DNA from: the human T2T-CHM13v2.0 reference genome, Homo sapiens
DNA: 64,000 bases
Assembly: GCF_009914755.1 (NCBI RefSeq)
Contig: NC_060941.1
Direction: 5' to 3' (one strand)
Positions within the stretch are counted from its first letter, which is position 1; every line of letters starts with the position of its first letter. Shown piece after piece: positions 55,895-64,000 of this stretch. Below the pieces are notes generated by a model, which was not told where the DNA came from, did not search any database, and saw only the letters and a list, made by a program, of their open reading frames with translations. Both the position numbers and the translations under genes were made by a program.

Positions 55895-56134
55895 TGATCC
55901 ACCTGCCTCAGCCTCCCAAAGTGCTGGGATTATACGCCTGAGCCACCGCACCCAGCCTCAAATCATAAACTTTTTTTTGTTTTTTGAGACGAAGTCTCAC
56001 TCTGTTGCCCAGGCTGGAGTGAAGTGACACAATCTTGGCTCACTGCAAGCTCCGCCTCCCAGGTTCAAGCGATTCTCCTGCCTCAGCCTCCCCAGTAGCT
56101 GGGATTACAGGTGTGCGCCACTGCGCCTGGCTAA

Positions 56135-56299
<165 letters not shown>

Positions 56300-56795
56300 T
56301 GACCCTCTAAATTAGGTTATGTGCCTTGTTATATGCTCTTTTAGCACTTATCCTAATTGTGATTGTGTATTTATTATATGATTGTTTATTCAACAGTTTC
56401 TTTCAACAAATATTTACCAAGTGTTTAGTAAATCTTGTTTTGGATTGTAAGCTTCATTAAGGCAGAGTAAGGACTGGGTCTGTGGTTTCTCTTACCATGT
56501 GTACCTAGCACCTAGCACAGTGCTTAGACATAGGGAGTACTTAATAAATAGTCATTGAATGTATACATTAAAATGGCGTTAATAATGCTGCCTATCTGAT
56601 GAGGCTGTTGTGAGCCTTCAATGAAATCGTGTGTAGGAAGTGCTAGTTTGCTCACAGGCTGGTGGTAACAGTCTACTGTGGTCATTGAGAGCAGTTATTG
56701 TGGACACAACCCCCAGTTCTGGTCACCCCACCCACTAGCTCTGTGAACTCACATAGGTACTTAATATCTCTGATTTTTATTTTATTTATTTGTAA

Positions 56796-57109
<314 letters not shown>

Positions 57110-57505
57110 TAGGATTTTGTAAGAATTAACCTGTGACAATGACAGTGAAACATTTAGGTTACAGTAACTTGTTCAATAGTTGGTGGTTATACCATTGTTA
57201 ATATGTTAATGAGTAAGAACAGTAATCAAAAGAATATGTAGAAAGTATCAGAAGAAATTCACATGTGGAAATGCTGTATTCTCTGATGAGATAGTAGTAC
57301 TGTATTTTTACCATTCCATGATTCTCAGAATATTGAATATTTTCTACTTATGTCTGTGATGGGTCATACTTTGTTAGCTGCAGTTTTACCTTGTTTTAAA
57401 AAGTACTGTTAGGCTAGGTGTGGTGGCTCACGCCTGTAATCCCAGCACTTTGGGAGGCCGAGGCGGGCGGATCATGAGGTCAGGAGATCAAGACCATCCT
57501 GGCTA

Positions 57506-57748
<243 letters not shown>

Positions 57749-58289
57749 TTAATTATATTGTGGAACCTAAACCGTATAAATTTAAAATGCCTTAGAATGC
57801 CCAGTCAGCAAGTGACAGTATTAGAAATCAACCTGGATTTTAGACCGCTGTGTGTTCATGGATAATGTTTGTGTGTTTAGGAGACTATTCTGAATAGTGG
57901 TTCACAGTCCTTTACATGCATCCCCTGTGCATTGGATGCTTCACTAGCCTTTTCTGACTAAAGCATATGAAAATACAAGTGAAAAAGGCAAGTTATTACA
58001 GGAATAACTTTTCATTTTCTCTAATTTTCATATTTTAAAAATTCATTTGTAAGCATTTGATACTTTAAACCTGTTTACAGGAACTTGGTATAAACCACCA
58101 TGTCCAGCCCTTTGTCTCATATTTGAATTGTTTTACTTTCTTCTTGGCCACGTGGCCCTGACTTCTCACTTTCATAAGAAGGGGTTTGTATTGTGGAGAT
58201 ACAAATTATGGAGTTGTTTGCATTAATACAAGTGTTTGTGGAAAAAGATGCCAAACTTTCCTGTGATTGGTAATGCACCTTTATTGTAG

Positions 58290-58394
<105 letters not shown>

Positions 58395-59650
58395 TGATCG
58401 ATAATCAATTGAGGGGCATACCTGCTGTGTAGGAATAAGGGCTAACCTGTGTAGTCTGTCATTCTTCTCTGACTTCTCTGTATTTCTCTGACCACCTCAT
58501 TATTTGTGTGTATTATATTCATAACTTGCATTATGGGTATTTAAAGTCCTTTGGAAGGTGCTTTAACTTTTTGAGGCTTTTCTTTACTCTTCCGGTGTAT
58601 TGTAGCAGAAATGCTTATGCTAAAGCATGGTGTTAAGGAAACTGCACACCTTTTTTTTTTTTTTTTCCCTACAGTATTCCACAGAAGAAAAGTACCTACG
58701 CTTTGAAGGCCTCTAAGTTCAGATTCTGGCCTGGGCCTCAGTTTTTCTTAGTACAAATCATCTGTGAAAATATGGTTGATTCTCATGATCTCAGACAGTG
58801 TATACAAAATGTTTATTAGTAGTGTACTTGTAGTAGGCTTTCAATAAATGTTAATTCTCTAATTTATGAAAGTAGTTAATGTATTCCTTTTCCTGCTTAC
58901 TTATTTATACCTGGCTAAACTTCTCTCAGATGTGAGATACCAACATGGTTTACTCCTTAAATTGTGTTCAGAAACTCTTTAATTTAGGTAGTGTTCTGAA
59001 CATTTGAGGATTGTATCTGCAAAGGATGGTGGCTATAGCTTCCATTTTGTAGTTTTGAGTATACTGGGTTTTCTTGAAGGCTCTTTTGATACTATATATA
59101 TTACCTTCAAGACAGGATCGTTGGCAATCTAGGAGAATTTCTTAAATCTCAAGAGGTATACAACTCCCTGGAGCACATTTGAATTTTATCTAAATCACCA
59201 GCTCTTGTACAGTTCAGTTAGATAGTTGAGCACTCAGGTAGCTTCTTCTCTTCCCTTCTGATTGCTCTCTGTTTCCACCAGATGGCGCATTTGTTCCTTA
59301 GAGAGTTGTGTGTCAAGTCTCCTGTGAGATCCTTTTCTATTCAAAGTTAGTTTCATTTCTGGAGTAACGTGTTTCTACATTGTTCAGTGCACAGTAGTGA
59401 GAATTCATACATTTGATTCCAGAATTAACATGTGTTTGAAGTGTAGGTGTAGTGGGACATAAGGAACCCAGCAGAGGACTTGAAGAATGAGATGAGACAA
59501 GCAGATTTCATTTCTTAAGCCATGTGATTCTAGGCCATTTGTGTGAGCAAGTGCTTTTTCCCACCCCCCCGAGAAAGGTAATGAGAAGAGTGTGATGACA
59601 TATAACATGTTGAGACTAATCCTAAATTTGTTTTACCTTTGTCTCTGTAG

Positions 59651-59758
<108 letters not shown>

Positions 59759-60424
59759 TAAGAGATTTTATAGCAAGCACCATTTGTTATATATATTTGG
59801 ATTATGTACATATCATAGAAGTAATTACTATAGCCAAATAACAATGAAATAATAAACATTTGGGTATTTTTCTTTAATTGAGGGAATCTGAGTAGGAACC
59901 AGGTTCCTGCATTCTAAACACTACCTTTAAATTGGAAATCTTATACTGTAGTGTTTTAATGATTGAATTTATATTGGAGAAATAGATATGTGGAGTGTTA
60001 TATTTCATCTAGAACTGTGGGAATAAGTATAAAGTGTTGTTTTCCCATTCCAGAGAAGTTATTTTAATATTGTTGAATTTTATAAGCTATTTCAAAGGAC
60101 TTATTAGCCCATTTTGCTTTTTGTACCTTTTATAACCTACTCACCCAAACTTTTTTGTGCTTACAAAAGAAACCTTTAAAATGCTTCATCTGGAATTAAA
60201 TAGATACCACTAGAAAATATCAATATATTTTGAATATGCAATTTGGCATGACTGACTCATAGTTTTTAAAGAGTAAAAAGGGCCGGACATGGTGGTTCAC
60301 ACCTGTAATCCCAGCACTTTGGGAGGCCAAGGCAGGTGGATCACTTGAGGTCAGGAGTTTGGGACCACCCTGGCCAACATGGTAAAAAGAAACCCTGTCT
60401 CTACTAAAAAAATATAAAACGTTA

Positions 60425-60796
<372 letters not shown>

Positions 60797-61424
60797 CTAG
60801 GCTACAGTGAGCCAAGTTCACGCTGCTGTGCTCCAGCATGGACAACAGAGCAAGACCCTGCCTCAAAAAAAAAAAAAATTATACATGCTCTTTACAAAAT
60901 ACAGAAAAATGTGTCACTCATAATTCCATTAATTGGGATTAAACATTTGGTACATTTTTTTTTTCAGTAATTTTGAGCTGTTTGAAGTAGATATGTGTGT
61001 GTATATATATACACACACACACACAAATGAATATATACATAAATGTTACTGATTTATGAATAACATTGGCTAGCATTTTTCTCTTTAGTGATTTAGAAGG
61101 TATAGGTTTAATCCTTATTTGTGCTAATGTGGTAGTTAATCTGACTCTTCAGGGTCCTGAAACCTCCAGGGCTACTGTGACACTGCAAGGTGGGGATCGG
61201 CAGCCTTGCCTTTGTCAGTCTTTCTTACTAGGCTTTGGGTACAATTTTGTTTGAATATATGTTTAATAATACAGATTATAAAAGTCACTGTACTCATGAT
61301 GATCTGACTTCCAAAATTGTTTTACTTGTATTATATTTCTGTACTTAATGAAAACATAGGGTAAAATAGTGTATTTTGACTCCTTTTTATATAAAACCTG
61401 GAATTCAGCACATAGCTAAACTAA

Positions 61425-61761
<337 letters not shown>

Positions 61762-63038
61762 CTATTATTATTAATTTTATATATTTATTTTGAGACAGGA
61801 TCTCACTCTGTCACCCAGGCTGGAGTGCAGTGGCGCAGTCTTGCAAGCTGTGCGCTCCCCAGTCCCCGCCTGATGTGATCCTCCCACCTTGGCCTCCCAA
61901 GTAGTTGGGACTATAGGCATGTGCCACTACATTTGGCTGTTTATATTATTAATTAATTATTAATTTTTTGAGACAGAGTCTCACTTTGTCACCCAGGTTC
62001 AAGTGATTCTCCTGCCTCTGCCTCCCAAGTAGCTGGGATTACAGGCATGCCCCACAATGCCTGGCTAATTTTTGTATTTTTAATAGAGATGGGTTTTTGC
62101 CACATTGGCCACACTGGTCTCGAACTCCTGACCTGCAGTGATCAGCCTGCCTTGGTCTGCCAAAGTGCTGGGATTACAGGCGTGAGTCACTGCGCTCGGC
62201 CTATATTATTATTGTTAAATTACCATTCTTACTGCTATATATGATACTAAGTTCTTATGTATAGAGTATAGGCAGAGGCAGCTTTATGACCAAATTTGTA
62301 GTCATTGTTAGACTTGTTTATTCAACTGATTTCAAAACTTATCAGCAGTATTTTTTTTATTTATAGTTTTTGTTTTATCTGTTGATGGTGGTACATTTTT
62401 AAGTGATTATTTTTCAGCAAGGATTTGTCAGTGTTAAATTTTCTCTGCCTTACCGACCTGAGAATTCTCTCTTTTGCCCTCCCGTGGAAAGACAACACTG
62501 TGTGCAGGATTTTTGTGTCATAACCCCTTGTTCTATTCGTTCTGCCTCTCAAATATAACACGCATTCTCTCTCTCTGTTTCTCCTTCAGTTTTTCAAGCA
62601 TTTCGTATTTCAGAGAGGTTCATGACCAAAGCAGCAAACACCATAATTTGTTAAATATTACCCCAGGGTGTCTCTATATGTGGGTTTATATATTTTTATT
62701 TGGAAAATGTGTGATTATGTCTAACTATGCTTTTATCCCTCTTTATATTGGTTTCTTCTTGACTCTTAGCTTGAATCTCTGATTTCTCTCCTTTATTTCT
62801 CACATGTTATGTCTTATTTTAATATGATTGCCCCTTTCTTCTGAATCTCATTAAACACTGTCTTCCATATATTTCTGGCATTTACTGCAGCTCGTGTGAA
62901 TTTTGATTTTATTGTTTACATTTTTATTTTTTGAGACAGTGTCTTGCTGTTGCCCAGGCTGGGTGCAGTGGCACCGTCATGGCTCACTGCAGCCTTCATC
63001 TCCCAGGCTCAAGCAGTCCTCTCACTTCAGCCTCCTGA

Positions 63039-63335
<297 letters not shown>

Positions 63336-64000
63336 TGAAATATGACAAGAAGTATTCTAAAATGTTCTTTTGATTTCTATGGGTGATCATTTTCATTGTT
63401 TTCAAGCTGATTTTCTGTATTCCTTGGGCCTATTTTTGTTGTTGTTTTTATTTACTATTGTTATTTTTATTTCCTTTCCTCCATCTTTGAATGAGGAGAC
63501 CCATATGTAGTCTCAGCACTGTGTTGTATTTTTCATTGTTCGGATATGTATACTTGCATGGAGTTGCTCTTATTCCTGTTTTTATTCATCTGGGTGCTGG
63601 TTGAATTGCCATCGAAGATTTATAATGAAATGGTTTGTGGGTGTAAAAAGCTCCTTGCCAAATTCCAGTATCTGTCAGGGTTTTGTACAGAGAAGCTCTG
63701 CTGTACTGAGGAAGAATTGTGGGCGTGCCTTTCTCCATCATCTGACTCTTTAAGATTGAGATGACAGAGTATGAGAAAAACTTGAATCCTAACTTGGTAC
63801 TGCTTTAGGAGTTTCAAAAAAATGTTTGCTTATGTTTTCTAATAAGCAATATGTTTCCTTCACTCACTACTGTCCCTTCTACTCCGTCGTCTTCAGACTG
63901 TTGCAGTCTTTATTTGTATGTAGAGCAGTACTAAAGGAGTAGATAAATAAAAAAGGAAGACACAGAGGGCAGCTGCCTTGTTTTTAGGTTGATTAGAACT

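Overview
Primate (very likely human) genomic DNA from inside TLK2 (Tousled-like kinase 2), which runs on the + strand. The window holds seven internal coding exons (GPLNSE... to ...IDDLLR, probably exons 3-9 of the main transcript), all with canonical AG/GT borders and a continuous reading frame. The start codon and kinase domain lie outside the window. The rest is intron packed with repeats: about 80 Alu copies or fragments by manual count (roughly 2:1 antisense), old L1/L2/MIR remnants, MaLR LTRs, DNA transposon fossils (MER85, MER20, MER58, MER6) and a processed RPS10 pseudogene with target-site duplications. Almost all supplied ORFs are Alu or L1 artefacts. I see no evidence of a new multi-gene system. 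The best leads are: (1) an intragenic copy of one TLK2 exon plus its downstream intron, framed by ~190-bp direct repeats; (2) a candidate alternative exon at 13336 with two donors that are each compatible with the TLK2 frame; (3) several templated-insertion and snap-back repair scars. Repeat family names come from recalled consensus motifs, and repeat boundaries are approximate.
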